Shown one piece after another: positions 26,499-38,100 of a stretch of 64,000 nucleotides of DNA (positions are counted from its first letter, which is position 1; each line of letters begins with the position of its first letter). A program made the translations under genes and the position numbers. The notes beneath the pieces were generated by a model. That model was not told where the DNA came from. It searched no databases and saw nothing but the letters and a program-made list of their open reading frames with translations. Source of the stretch: the human T2T-CHM13v2.0 reference genome, Homo sapiens; NCBI RefSeq assembly GCF_009914755.1, contig NC_060930.1; one strand, 5' to 3'.

Positions 26499-29400
26499 TA
26501 GAGCAGTGTTGAAACACTCTTTTTGTAGAAACTGCAAGTGGATATTTGGACCTCTTTGAGGCCTTCGTTGGAAACGGGATTTCTTCCTATAACCCTAGAC
26601 AGAAGAATTTTCAGAAACCTCATTGTGATGTGTGCGTTCATCTCACAGAGTGGAGTCTTCCGTTTGATAGAGAAGTTTTGAAACCCTGTTCTTGTAGGAT
26701 TTCCAAGTTGATATTTAGACCACTTTGAAGCCTATGATAGAAAAGGAAACATCTTCATGGAAAACATAGATAGAATCATCCTCAGAAACAACTTTGTGAT
26801 GTGTGCGTTGAACTCACCGTCTTTAACCTTTCTTTTGGTAGAGAAGTTTTGAAACACTCTCTTTGTAAAGTCTACAAGTGGATATTTTGAGCCCTTGGAG
26901 GCATTCTTTGGAAAAGGGAATGTCTTCACATAAAAGGCAGACGGAAGTGTTCTCAGAAACTGCTTTGTGATGTCTGTGTTCAACTCACAGAGTTTAACAT
27001 TTCCTTTGATAGAGCGGTTTAGTAACCCTCTCTTTGTAGAATTTGGAAGTGTATACTAAGAGCGCTTTGAGGCCTATGGTAGAAAAGGAAATATCTTTCC
27101 ATAAAAGCTAGACAGAAGCAATCTCAGAAACTCCTCTGTGATGTCTGCATTCAACTCACCGAGTGGAACATTCCTCTTGAGAGAGCAGTTTGGAAACACT
27201 CTTTCTGTAGAATCAGCTTGTTTGTATTTGGACCTCCTTGAGGCCTTCGTTGGAAACGGGTTTTCATCTTATAAACCCAGACAGAAGAATTCTCAGAGTC
27301 TTCTTTGTGATGTGTGCTTTCAACTCACCGAGATAAAGATTTCTCTTGATAGAGCAATTTGGAAACACTCTTTTTGTAGAATTTGCAAGGGTACATTGAG
27401 AGCGCTTTCAGGCCTATGGTAGAAAAGGGAATATCTTTCCATAAAAGGTAGACAGAAGCAATCTCAGAAACTACTTTGTGATGTGTGCATTCAACTCACC
27501 GAGTGCAACGTTCCTCTTGACCGAGCAGTTTGGAAACATTGTTTCTGTAGAATCTGCAAGTGGTTATTTGGACCTCTTTGAGGCCTTCGTTGGAAACGGG
27601 ATTTCTTCCTATAAACCCAGACAGAAGAATTCTCAGAGACTTCTTTGTGATGTGTGAATTCAACTCACAGTGTGGATCCTTCCTTTTGATAGAGCAGTTT
27701 TGAAACCCTGTTTTTGTAGTATTTCCAAGCGGATATTTGGAACGCCTTGAAGCGTATGGTAGAAAAGGAAATATCTTCCCATAAAACCTAGACAGAACCA
27801 ATCTCAGAAACGACTTTGTGATGTCTGCATTCAAGTCACAGAGTTGAACATTTCTCTTGATAGAGCAGTTTTGAAACCCTCTTTCTGAAGGATCTGCAAG
27901 TGGATATTTGGAACTCCTTTGGGTCTCCGTTGGAAACGGGATTTCTTCGTATAAATCTAGACAGAAGAATTCTCCGAAACTTCTTTGGTTGTGTGCATTC
28001 AAGTCACAGAGTGGAACCTTCCTTTGGATAGAGCAGTTTGAAACGCCGTGGTTGTAGTATTTCCAAGCGGATATTAGAGCGCCTTGAGGCCTATGGTAGA
28101 AAAGGAAATATCTTCCCATAAAACCTAGACGGAAGCAATCTCAGAAACTACTGTGTGATGGCTGCATTCCACACACACGGTGGAACATTTCTCTTGATAG
28201 AGCAGTTTTGAAACACTCTTTCTGTAGAATCTGCAAGTGGATAATTGGACCGCCTTGAGGCCTTCGTTGGAAACGGGATTTCTTCATGTTACTCTAGATA
28301 GAAGAATTCTCAAACACTGCTATGTGATGTTTGCATTCAAGTCACAGAGTGCAACATTCCTCTTGGTAGAGCAGTTGGGAAACACTCCTTTTGTAGAATC
28401 TGCAATGGGATATTTGGACTTCTTTGAGGCCTTCGTTGGAAACGGGATTTCTTCGTATGAATCTAGACAGAAGAATTCTCAGAAACTTCCTTGTGATGTG
28501 TGCATTCAACTCAGCGAGTGGCACCTTCCTTTGGATACAGCAGTTTTGAAACACTGTTTTTGTAGTATTTCCAAGCGGATATTTAGAGCGCCTTGAAGCC
28601 TATGCTAGAAATGGAAATATCTCCCCATAAAACCAAGACAGAAGCAATCTCAGAAACTAATGTGTGATGGCTGCATTCCACACACACGGTGGACCATTTC
28701 TCTTGATAGAGCAGTTTTGAAACACTCTTTCTGTAGAATCTGCAAGTGGATAATTGGACCTCCTAGAGGCCTTCGTTGGAAACGGGATTTCTTCATCTAA
28801 ACCTACAGAGAAGAATTCTCAGTAACTTCTTCGGATGTGTGCATTCGACTCACAGAATGGAACATTCCCTTTGATAGAGCAGTTTTGAGACACCGTTTTT
28901 GTAGAATTCCCAAGTGGATATTTAGAGCACTTTGAAGTCTCTGCTAGAAAAGGAAACATCTTCATGTAAAAAGTAGATAGAATCGTTCTCAGAAAGTGCT
29001 TAGTGACGTGTGCGTTCAACTCACAGAGTTTAACATTTCTTTTGATAGAGCGTTTCTGAAACACCCTTCTTGTAGTAGCTGCAAGTGGATATTTGGACCT
29101 ATTGGAGGCCTTCTTTGGAAACGGGATTTCTTCATGTAACTCTAGATTGAAGAATTCTCAGAAACTCCTTTGTGATGTGTGCATTCAATTCAAAGAGTGA
29201 AACCTCCCTTTTCACAGAGCAGTTTTGAAACACTGTTTTTGTAGGATTTCCAAGGGGATATTTATAGCGCATTGAGCCTACGGCAGAAAAAGAAACATCT
29301 TCCTATAAAAACTAGACAGAATACTTCTCAGAATCTGCTTTGCGATGTGTGCGTTCAACTCACAGAGTAAAACTTTTCTTTTGATAGAGCAGTTTTGAAA

Positions 29401-29555
29401 CACTCTTTTTGTAGTATTTGCATGTGTATATTTAGAGCGCATTGAAGCCCACAGTAGAAAAGGAAATAACTTCACCTAAAACCTAGACAGAAGCAATCTC
29501 AGAAACTACTTTGTGATGTGTACATTCAACTCACAGAGTGGAACTTTCCTCTTTA
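26499..29555 (+). repeat. 18-mer HOR (U10) between 15-mers
   Basis: Anchor spacing 26546 to 29603 = 3057. It retains the segment deleted in its neighbours. Confidence 0.95.
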
Positions 29556-32106
29556 TAGAGCAGTGTTGAAACACTCTTTTTGTAGAAACTGCAAGTGGAT
29601 ATTTGGACCTCTTTGAGGCCTTCGTTGGAAACGGGATTTCTTCCTATAACCCTAGACAGAAGAATTTTCAGAAACCTCATTGTGATGTGTGCGTTCATCT
29701 CACAGAGTGGAGTCTTCCGTTTGATAGAGAAGTTTTGAAACCCTGTTCTTGTAGGATTTCCAAGTGGATATTTAGACCACTTTGAAGCCTATGATAGAAA
29801 AGGAAACATCTTCATGGAAAACATAGATAGAATCATCCTCAGAAACAACTTTGTGATGTGTGCGTTGAACTCACCGTCTTTAACCTTTCTTTTGGTAGAG
29901 AAGTTTTGAAACACTCTCTTTGTAAAGTCTACAAGTGGATATTTTGAGCCCTTGGAGGCATTCTTTGGAAAAGGGAATGTCTTCACATAAAAGGCAGACG
30001 GAAGTGTTCTCAGAAACTGCTTTGTGATGTCTGTGTTCAACTCACAGAGTTTAACATTTCCTTTGATAGAGCGGTTTAGTAACCCTCTCTTTGTAGAATT
30101 TGGAAGTGTATACTAAGAGCGCTTTGAGGCCTATGGTAGAAAAGGAAATATCTTTCCATAAAAGCTAGACAGAAGCAATCTCAGAAACTCCTCTGTGATG
30201 TCTGCATTCAACTCACCGAGTGGAACATTCCTCTTGAGAGAGCAGTTTGGAAACACTCTTTCTGTAGAATCAGCTTGTTTGTATTTGGACCTCCTTGAGG
30301 CCTTCGTTGGAAACGGGTTTTCATCTTATAAACCCAGACAGAAGAATTCTCAGAGTCTTCTTTGTGATGTGTGCTTTCAACTCACCAAGATAAAGATTTC
30401 TCTTGATAGAGCAATTTGGAAACACTCTTTTTGTAGAATTTGCAAGGGTACATTGAGAGCGCTTTCAGGCCTATGGTAGAAAAGGAAATATCTTTCCATA
30501 AAAGGTAGACAGAAGCAATCTCAGAAACTACTTTGTGATGTGTGCATTCAACTCACCGAGTGCAACGTTCCTCTTGACCGAGCAGTTTGGAAACATTGTT
30601 TCTGTAGAATCTGCAAGTGGATATTTGGACCTCTTTGAGGCCTTCGTTGGAAACGGGATTTCTTCCTATAAACCCAGACAGAAGAATTCTCAGAGACTTC
30701 TTTGTGATGTGGGAATTCAACTCACAGTGTGGATCCTTCCTTTTGATAGAGCAGTTTTGAAACCCTGTTTTTGTAGTATTTCCAAGCGGATATTTGGAAC
30801 GCCTTGAAGCGTATGGTAGAAAAGGAAATATCTTCCCATAAAACCTAGACAGAACCAATCTCAGAAACGACTTTGTGATGTCTGCATTCAAGTCACAGAG
30901 TTGAACATTTCTCTTGATAGAGCAGTTTTGAAACCCTCTTTCTGAAGGATCTGCAAGTGGATATTTGGAACTCCTTTGGGTCTTCGTTGGAAACGGGATT
31001 TCTTCGTATAAATCTAGACAGAAGAATTCTCAGAAACTTCCTTGTGATGTGTGCATTCAACTCAGGGAGTCGCACCTTCCTTTGGATACAGCAGTTTTGA
31101 AACACTGTTTTTGTAGTATTTCCAAGCGGATATTTAGAGCGCCTTGAAGCCTATGCTAGAAATGGAAATATCTCCCCATAAAACCAAGACAGAAGCAATC
31201 TCAGAAACTAATGTGTGATGGCTGCATTCCACACACACGGTGGACCATTTCTCTTGATAGAGCAGTTTTGAAACACTCTTTCTGTAGAATCTGCAAGTGG
31301 ATAATTGGACCTCCTAGAGGCCTTCGTTGGAAACGGGATTTCTTCATCTAAACCTACAGAGAAGTATTCTCAGTAACTTCTTCGGATGTGTGCATTCGAC
31401 GCACAGAATGGAACATTCCCTTTGATAGAGCAGTTTTGAGACACCGTTTTTGTAGAATTCCCAAGTGGATATTTAGAGCACTTTGAAGTCTCTGCGAGAA
31501 AAGGAAACATCATCATGTAAAAAGTAGATAGAATCGTTCTCAGAAAGTGCTTAGTGTCGTGTGCGTTCAACTCACAGAGTTTAACGTTTCTTTTGATAGA
31601 GCGTTTCTGAAACACCCTTCTTGTAGTAGCTGCAAGTGGATATTTGGACCTATTGGAGGCCTTCTTTGGAAACGGGATTTCTTCATGTAACTCTAGATTG
31701 AAGAATTCTCAGAAACTCCTTTGTGATGTGTGCATTCAATTCAAAGAGTGAAACCTCTCTTTTCACAGAGCAGTTTTGAAACACTGTTTTTGTAGGATTT
31801 CCAAGGGGATATTTATAGCGCATTGAGCCTACGGCGGAAAAAGAAACATCTTCCTATAAAAACTAGACAGAATACTTCTCAGAATCTGCTTTGCGATGTG
31901 TGCGTTCAACTCACAGAGTAAAACTTTTCTTTTGATAGAGCAGTTTTGAAACACTCTTTTTGTAGTATTTGCATGTGTATATTTAGAGCGCATTGAAGCC
32001 CACAGTAGAAAAGGAAATAACTTCACCTAAAACCTAGACAGAAGCAATCTCAGAAACTACTTTGTGATGTGTACATTCAACTCACAGAGTGGAACTTTCC
32101 TCTTTA
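29556..32106 (+). repeat. 15-mer variant HOR (U11), 2551 bp
   Basis: Anchor spacing 29603 to 32154 = 2551. Same junction at 31010-31032. Confidence 0.95.
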
Positions 32107-35100
32107 TAGAGCAGTGTTGAAACACTCTTTTTGTAGAAACTGCAAGTGGATATTTGGACCTCTTTGAGGCCTTCGTTGGAAACGGGATTTCTTCCTATAA
32201 CCCTAGACAGAAGAATTTTCAGAAACCTCATTGTGATGTGTGCGTTCATCTCACAGAGTGGAGTCTTCCGTTTGATAGAGAAGTTTTGAAACCCTGTTCT
32301 TGTAGGATTTCCAAGTGGATATTTAGACCACTTTGAAGCCTATGATAGAAAAGGAAACATCTTCATGGAAAACATAGATAGAATCATCCTCAGAAACAAC
32401 TTTGTGATGTGTGCGTTGAACTCACCGTCTTTAACCTTTCTTTTGGTAGAGAAGTTTTGAAACACTCTCTTTGTAAAGTCTACAAGTGGATATTTTGAGC
32501 CCTTGGAGGCATTCTTTGGAAAAGGGAATGTCTTCACATAAAAGGCAGACGGAAGTGTTCTCAGAAACTGCTTTGTGATGTCTGTGTTCAACTCACAGAG
32601 TTTAACATTTCCTTTGATAGAGCGGTTTAGTAACCCTCTCTTTGTAGAATTTGGAAGTGTATACTAAGAGCGCTTTGAGGCCTATGGTAGAAAAGGAAAT
32701 ATCTTTCCATAAAAGCTAGACAGAAGCAATCTCAGAAACTCCTCTGTGATGTCTGCATTCAACTCACCGAGTGGAACATTCCTCTTGAGAGAGCAGTTTG
32801 GAAACACTCTTTCTGTAGAATCAGCTTGTTTGTATTTGGACCTCCTTGAGGCCTTCGTTGGAAACGGGTTTTCATCTTATAAACCCAGACAGAAGAATTC
32901 TCAGAGTCTTCTTTGTGATGTGTGCTTTCAACTCACCGAGATAAAGATTTCTCTTGATAGAGCAATTTGGAAACACTCTTTTTGTAGAATTTGCAAGGGT
33001 ACATTGAGAGCGCTTTCAGGCCTATGGTAGAAAAGGGAATATCTTTCCATAAAAGGTAGACAGAAGCAATCTCAGAAACTACTTTGTGATGTGTGCATTC
33101 AACTCACCGAGTGCAACGTTCCTCTTGACCGAGCAGTTTGGAAACATTGTTTCTGTAGAATCTGCAAGTGGATATTTGGACCTCTTTGAGGCCTTCGTTG
33201 GAAACGGGATTTCTTCCTATAAACCCAGACAGAAGAATTCTCAGAGACTTCTTTGTGATGTGTGAATTCAACTCACAGTGTGGATCCTTCCTTTTGATAG
33301 AGCAGTTTTGAAACCCTGTTTTTGTAGTATTTCCAAGCGGATATTTGGAACGCCTTGAAGCGTATGGTAGAAAAGGAAATATCTTCCCATAAAACCTAGA
33401 CAGAACCAATCTCAGAAACGACTTTGTGATGTCTGCATTCAAGTCACAGAGTTGAACATTTCTCTTGATAGAGCAGTTTTGAAACCCTCTTTCTGAAGGA
33501 TCTGCAAGTGGATATTTGGAACTCCTTTGGGTCTTCGTTGGAAACGGGATTTCTTCGTATAAATCTAGACAGAAGAATTCTCAGAAACTTCTTTGGTTGT
33601 GTGCATTCAAGTCACAGAGTGGAACCTTCCTTTGGATAGAGCAGTTTGAAACGCCGTGGTTGTAGTATTTCCAAGCGGATATTAGAGCGCCTTGAGGCCT
33701 ATGGTAGAAAAGGAAATATCTTCCCATAAAACCTAGACGGAAGCAATCTCAGAAACTACTGTGTGATGGCTGCATTCCACACACACGGTGGAACATTTCT
33801 CTTGATAGAGCAGTTTTGAAACACTCTTTCTGTAGAATCTGCAAGTGGATAATTGGACCGCCTTGAGGCCTTCGTTGGAAACGGGATTTCTTCATGTTAC
33901 TCTAGATAGAAGAATTCTCAAACACTGCTATGTGATGTTTGCATTCAAGTCACAGAGTGCAACATTCCTCTTGGTAGAGCAGTTGGGAAACACTCCTTTT
34001 GTAGAATCTGCAATGGGATATTTGGACTTCTTTGAGGCCTTCGTTGGAAACGGGATTTCTTCGTATGAATCTAGACAGAAGAATTCTCAGAAACTTCCTT
34101 GTGATGTGTGCATTCAACTCAGCGAGTGGCACCTTCCTTTGGATACAGCAGTTTTGAAACACTGTTTTTGTAGTATTTCCAAGCGGATATTTAGAGCGCC
34201 TTGAAGCCTATGCTAGAAATGGAAATATCTCCCCATAAAACCAAGACAGAAGCAATCTCAGAAACTAATGTGTGATGGCTGCATTCCACACACACGGTGG
34301 ACCATTTCTCTTGATAGAGCAGTTTTGAAACACTCTTTCTGTAGAATCTGCAAGTGGATAATTGGACCTCCTAGAGGCCTTCGTTGGAAACGGGATTTCT
34401 TCATCTAAACCTACAGAGAAGAATTCTCAGTAACTTCTTCGGATGTGTGCATTCGACGCACAGAATGGAACATTCCCTTTGATAGAGCAGTTTTGAGACA
34501 CCGTTTTTGTAGAATTCCCAAGTGGATATTTAGAGCACTTTGAAGTCTCTGCTAGAAAAGGAAACATCTTCATGTAAAAAGTAGATAGAATCGTTCTCAG
34601 AAAGTGCTTAGTGACGTGTGCGTTCAACTCACAGAGTTTAACGTTTCTTTTGATAGAGCGTTTCTGAAACACCCTTCTTGTAGTAGCTGCAAGTGGATAT
34701 TTGGACCTATTGGAGGCCTTCTTTGGAAACGGGATTTCTTCATGTAACTCTAGATTGAAGAGTTCTCAGAAACTCCTTTGTGATGTGTGCATTCAATTCA
34801 AAGAGTGAAACCTCCCTTTTCACAGAGCAGTTTTGAAACACTGTTTTTGTAGGATTTCCAAGGGGATATTTATAGCGCATTGAGCCTATGGCGGAAAAAG
34901 AAACATCTTCCTATAAAAACTAGACAGAATACTTCTCAGAATCTGCTTTGCGATGTGTGCGTTCAAATCACAGCGTAAAACTTTTCTTTTGATAGAGCAG
35001 TTTTGAAACACTCTTTTTGTAGTATTTGCATGTGTATATTTAGAGCGCATTGAAGCCCACAGTAGAAAAGGAAATAACTTCACCTAAAACCTAGACAGAA

Positions 35101-38100
35101 GCAATCTCAGAAACTACTTTGTGATGTGTACATTCAACTCACAGAGTGGAACTTTCCTCTTTATAGAGCAGTGTTGAAACACTCTTTTTGTAGAAACTGC
35201 AAGTGGATATTTGGACCTCTTTGAGGCCTTCGTTGGAAACGGGATTTCTTCCTATAACCCTAGACAGAAGAATTTTCAGAATCCTCATTGTGATGTGTGC
35301 GTTCATCTCACAGAGTGGAGTCTTCCGTTTGATAGAGAAGTTTTGAAACCCTGTTCTTGTAGGATTTCCAAGTGGATATTTAGACCACTTTGAAGCCTAT
35401 GATAGAAAAGGAAACATCTTCATGGAAAACATAGATAGAATCATCCTCAGAAACAACTTTGTGATGTGTGCGTTGAACTCACCGTCTTTAACCTTTCTTT
35501 TGGTAGAGAAGTTTTGAAACACTCTCTTTGTAAAGTCTACAAGTGGATATTTTGAGCCCTTGGAGGCATTCTTTGGAAAAGGGAATGTCTTCACATAAAA
35601 GGCAGACGGAAGTGTTCTCAGAAACTGCTTTGTGATGTCTGTGTTCAACTCACAGAGTTTAACATTTCCTTTGATAGAGCGGTTTAGTAACCCTCTCTTT
35701 GTAGAATTTGGAAGTGTATACTAAGAGCGCTTTGAGGCCTATGGTAGAAAAGGAAATATCTTTCCATAAAAGCTAGACAGAAGCAATCTCAGAAACTCCT
35801 CTGTGATGTCTGCATTCAACTCACCGAGTGGAACATTCCTCTTGAGAGAGCAGTTTGGAAACACTCTTTCTGTAGAATCAGCTTGTTTGTATTTGGACCT
35901 CCTTGAGGCCTTCGTTGGAAACGGGTTTTCATCTTATAAACCCAGACAGAAGAATTCTCAGAGTCTTCTTTGTGATGTGTGCTTTCAACTCACCGAGATA
36001 AAGATTTCTCTTGATAGAGCAATTTGGAAACACTCTTTTTGTAGAATTTGCAAGGGTACATTGAGAGCGCTTTCAGGCCTATGGTAGAAAAGGGAATATC
36101 TTTCCATAAAAGGTAGACAGAAGCAATCTCAGAAACTACTTTGTGATGTGTGCATTCAACTCACCGAGTGCAACGTTCCTCTTGACCGAGCAGTTTGGAA
36201 ACATTGTTTCTGTAGAATCTGCAAGTGGATATTTGGACCTCTTTGAGGCCTTCGTTGGAAACGGGATTTCTTCCTATAAACCCAGACAGAAGAATTCTCA
36301 GAGACTTCTTTGTGATGTGTGAATTCAACTCACAGTGTGGATCCTTCCTTTTGATAGAGCAGTTTTGAAACCCTGTTTTTGTAGTATTTCCAAGCGGATA
36401 TTTGGAACGCCTTGAAGCGTATGGTAGAAAAGGAAATATCTTCCCATAAAACCTAGACAGAACCCATCTCAGAAACGACTTTGTGATGTCTGCATTCAAG
36501 TCACAGAGTTGAACATTTCTCTTGATAGAGCAGTTTTGAAACCCTCTTTCTGAAGGATCTGCAAGTGGATATTTGGAACTCCTTTGGGTCTTCGTTGGAA
36601 ACGGGATTTCTTCGTATAAATCTAGACAGAAGAATTCTCCGAAACTTCTTTGGTTGTGTGCATTCAAGTCACAGAGTGGAACCTTCCTTTGGATAGAGCA
36701 GTTTGAAACGCCGTGGTTGTAGTATTTCCAAGCGGATATTAGAGCGCCTTGAGGCCTATGGTAGAAAAGGAAATATCTTCCCATAAAACCTAGACGGAAG
36801 CAATCTCAGAAACTACTGTGTGATGGCTGCATTCCACACACACGGTGGAACATTTCTCTTGATAGAGCAGTTTTGAAACACTCTTTCTGTAGAATCTGCA
36901 AGTGGATAATTGGACCGCCTTGAGGCCTTCGTTGGAAACGGGATTTCTTCATGTTACTCTAGATAGAAGAATTCTCAAACACTGCTATGTGATGTTTGCA
37001 TTCAAGTCACAGAGTGCAACATTCCTCTTGGTAGAGCAGTTGGGAAACACTCCTTTTGTAGAATCTGCAATGGGATATTTGGACTTCTTTGAGGCCTTCG
37101 TTGGAAACGGGATTTCTTCGTATGAATCTAGACAGAAGAATTCTCAGAAACTTCCTTGTGATGTGTGCATTCAACTCAGCGAGTGGCACCTTCCTTTGGA
37201 TACAGCAGTTTTGAAACACTGTTTTTGTAGTATTTCCAAGCGGATATTTAGAGCGCCTTGAAGCCTATGCTAGAAATGGAAATATCTCCCCATAAAACCA
37301 AGACAGAAGCAATCTCAGAAACTAATGTGTGATGGCTGCATTCCACACACACGGTGGACCATTTCTCTTGATAGAGCAGTTTTGAAACACTCTTTCTGTA
37401 GAATCTGCAAGTGGATAATTGGACCTCCTAGAGGCCTTCGTTGGAAACGGGATTTCTTCATCTAAACCTACAGAGAAGAATTCTCAGTAACTTCTTCGGA
37501 TGTGTGCATTCGACGCACAGAATGGAACATTCCCTTTGATAGAGCAGTTTTGAGACACCGTTTTTGTAGAATTCCCAAGTGGATATTTAGAGCACTTTGA
37601 AGTCTCTGCTAGAAAAGGAAACATCTTCATGTAAAAAGTAGATAGAATCGTTCTCAGAAAGTGCTTAGTGACGTGTGCGTTCAACTCACAGAGTTTAACG
37701 TTTCTTTTGATAGAGCGTTTCTGAAACACCCTTCTTGTAGTAGCTGCAAGTGGATATTTGGACCTATTGGAGGCCTTCTTTGGAAACGGGATTTCTTCAT
37801 GTAACTCTAGATTGAAGAGTTCTCAGAAACTCCTTTGTGATGTGTGCATTCAATTCAAAGAGTGAAACCTCCCTTTTCACAGAGCAGTTTTGAAACACTG
37901 TTTTTGTAGGATTTCCAAGGGGATATTTATAGCGCATTGAGCCTACGGCGGAAAAAGAAACATCTTCCTATAAAAACTAGACAGAATACTTCTCAGAATC
38001 TGCTTTGCGATGTGTGCGTTCAACTCACAGAGTAAAACTTTTCTTTTGATAGAGCAGTTTTGAAACACTCTTTTTGTAGTATTTGCATGTGTATATTTAG

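Noticed and set aside
23604-30807. Unit-specific longer or new ORFs (23604-23867, 30535-30807)
   Set aside because: Each arises from a single SNV removing a stop codon in satellite DNA; there is no evidence of function.
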